The notes under the pieces are model-generated. The model was not told the origin of the DNA. It worked only from the letters and a program-made list of their open reading frames with translations, and searched no databases. A program made the position numbers and the translations under genes. DNA of 64,000 nucleotides from assembly GCA_003598025.1 (NCBI GenBank), contig QZKH01000006.1, forward strand, positions 44,035-108,034, read 5' to 3'. This DNA is from Candidatus Omnitrophota bacterium (GTDB lineage Bacteria > Omnitrophota > Gorgyraeia > Gygaellales > Profunditerraquicolaceae). Each line of letters opens with the position of its first letter. Within the stretch, counting starts at the first letter, position 1. Shown piece by piece: positions 62,358 through 64,000 of the stretch.

Positions 62358-63251
62358 ATGGCGACAAAACAGGAGCAGGTGTTAAAATTAGGCTTGCCTA
62401 AGGGCAGCCTTCAGGAATCGACTTTCAGGATGTTCAAGAAGGCCGGATTTAATATCAATTTATCTTCGGAGAGGTCATATTTTCCTTCCATTGACGATCC
62501 TCAGATAAATGTAGTCCTGCTTAGAGCCCAAGAGATGTCCCGCTATATACAGGACGGCGCCTTGGATTGCGGAATAACGGGAAATGATTGGGTCATGGAG
62601 AATGATTCCGATGTAGTTACTATAACCGGGCTTATGTATGCTAAACAGAGCCTTAATAAGGTAAAATGGGTAGTAGCCGTCCCTATAGAGGCCGGGATAA
62701 CATCCATAAAACAACTTAACGGCAAGCGTATAGCTACAGAGCTGGTCAATGTAACAAAAAAATATTTTAAGAAGAATAAGATAGATGTAGATGTGGAATT
62801 CAGCTGGGGAGCTACTGAAGTAAAAGTTACCGCAGGTTTAGTCGATGCAATAGTAGAATTGACGGAAACAGGCAGGAGCTTAAAGGCGAATAAACTCATT
62901 CCGATCGATACAGTGTGCGAATCTACTACGCAGTTTATCGCAAATAAAGATTCTTATAAGGATAACTGGAAAAGAAGCAAGATGGAACAGATTGAGCTGC
63001 TGTTAAAAGGGGCTATAGCAGCCGAAGAGAAGGTCGGTATCAAGATGAACGTTAAAAAAGCTCAGCTTGATAAAGTAATTGCTTTGTTGCCGGCACTTAA
63101 AAAACCTACTATCTCTAATCTTTCTGAAGATGGCTGGTATGCTATCGACACGGTAATTGACGAGAGGGTAGTCCGGGTATTGATACCTCAGTTGAGGAAG
63201 GCAGGGGCTGAGGGGATTATAGAGTATCCGTTGAATAAGGTGATATATTAA
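62358..63251 (+). CDS. hisG: ATP phosphoribosyltransferase (long form)
   Basis: LGLPKGSL, LRAQE, DCGITG.DW, SWGATE, DAIVELTETG, C-terminal GAEGIIEYPLNK. Confidence 0.95.
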   Translation: MATKQEQVLKLGLPKGSLQESTFRMFKKAGFNINLSSERSYFPSIDDPQINVVLLRAQEMSRYIQDGALDCGITGNDWVMENDSDVVTITGLMYAKQSLNKVKWVVAVPIEAGITSIKQLNGKRIATELVNVTKKYFKKNKIDVDVEFSWGATEVKVTAGLVDAIVELTETGRSLKANKLIPIDTVCESTTQFIANKDSYKDNWKRSKMEQIELLLKGAIAAEEKVGIKMNVKKAQLDKVIALLPALKKPTISNLSEDGWYAIDTVIDERVVRVLIPQLRKAGAEGIIEYPLNKVIY

Positions 63252-63315
63252 TTAGTTCACGGTTCATGGTTCACAGTTCACGGCTGTGAACTACGTTCTG
63301 TGCACTGTGAACTAA
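63252..63315. repeat. Inverted heptamer-array element, copy 10
   Basis: TTAGTTCA CGGTTCA TGGTTCA CAGTTCA CGG CTGTGAA CTACGTT CTGTGCA CTGTGAA CTAA. Confidence 0.9.
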
Positions 63316-63339
63316 TATTTTTATACGTGGAGGAATAAA

Positions 63340-63441
63340 ATGCCTTGCGGCAAGAAAAGAAAAAGAAGAAAAATAAGGACTCATAAGAGGAAAAAGGCGC
63401 GTCGTCGTCTTCGTCATCTCAAGAAGAGAGCCTGGAGTTAA
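63340..63441 (+). CDS. Small basic AURKAIP1/COX24-domain (bS22/mS38-like) protein, 33 aa
   Basis: MPCGKKRKRRKIRTHKRKKARRRLRHLKKRAWS; GGAGG RBS; too short for the ORF track. Confidence 0.8.
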   Translation: MPCGKKRKRRKIRTHKRKKARRRLRHLKKRAWS

Positions 63442-63509
63442 GCTTTTAGGCTTTTAGCCTTGGCCTCCGGTCATAATTCTTGAAATATCAAAATAATCCC
63501 TAATTCAGG

Positions 63510-64000
63510 ATGACATCTAAGCTTAGAAGATATGCTAGCGGAATATTTTTTTGCCTTCTGGCCGCATCCATAATTCTAAATAAAGCGTATGCTTTGGATA
63601 AAAAAACTTCATATGCGCTAAGCCATTATATTATGGCCGGCGTTTATGAAGGCTTAGATGAGATTGATAAGGCCATAAGCGAATATAATAAATCACTTAA
63701 GGCAGACCGTCAGAATTGCATAGTTTATTTGAGAATGGCGGTAAGCTATATAAAGCAGGATAAAAACGGGTTAGCCGTTGAAAAACTGAATGAAGCGATA
63801 AGCTGCGACCCTGACGGCGTTGAGCCGCATGTAATATTAGCGCTTCTTTATGCAGCAGATGATAAGATGGATTCTGCAACCAGCGAATATGAAATAGCGC
63901 TTAAAAATGCTTCTAAACTAGACCCTAAGAATATAGATATCTATAAGAATTTAGGGCTTATTTATTTCAGGCAGAATAAGCTCGATGCGGCGGAGAATAC
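63510..64000 (+). CDS. Exported tetratricopeptide-repeat protein (runs off window end)
   Basis: Frame open from ATG 63510 to the edge: signal-like IFFCLLAASIILNKAYA, then TPR-like units AISEYNKSL, PHVILALLY, DPKNIDIYKNLGLIY. Confidence 0.8.
   Translation, partial: MTSKLRRYASGIFFCLLAASIILNKAYALDKKTSYALSHYIMAGVYEGLDEIDKAISEYNKSLKADRQNCIVYLRMAVSYIKQDKNGLAVEKLNEAISCDPDGVEPHVILALLYAADDKMDSATSEYEIALKNASKLDPKNIDIYKNLGLIYFRQNKLDAAEN

Overview
A gene-dense, mostly + strand housekeeping region from an anaerobic diderm bacterium. A PVC-superphylum lineage, plausibly Ca. Omnitrophota, is inferred from the Minf_1886-like gene and overall gene content. In order it carries: nitrogen assimilation and pyrimidine genes (gltB end, gltD, a stand-alone FMN glutamate-synthase-family gene, pyrG, DUF1846-carA-half carB), two HD-GYP genes, lipid A genes (gnnA-like, lpxB, msbA), rpsB-tsf-pyrH-frr, three tRNAs (Lys, Leu, Gly), a PTS cluster with no sugar permease, metK-ahcY-pfkA-fba, ilvDBNC-leuA-aroE, malQ, ttcA, rmuC, redox genes, a core methionine synthase, a four-subunit 2-oxoacid:ferredoxin oxidoreductase, a SurA/PpiD-like chaperone and hisG. 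I found no transposase, integrase, prophage or CRISPR array. The main unexplained signals are non-coding. First, about 10 copies of an intergenic element built from inverted heptamer arrays (ends TT(A/G)GTTCA...TGAAC(T/C)AA); three copies carry nested repeat modules and five end just upstream of sigma70-like promoters. Second, two ANTAR-type dual-hexaloop antiterminator leaders, upstream of the FMN glutamate synthase gene and pyrG. The main coding oddities are an N-half-only CarB in an apparent operon with DUF1846, and an L27 lacking its conserved N-terminal tail. All calls come from reading motifs by eye; no database search was run.
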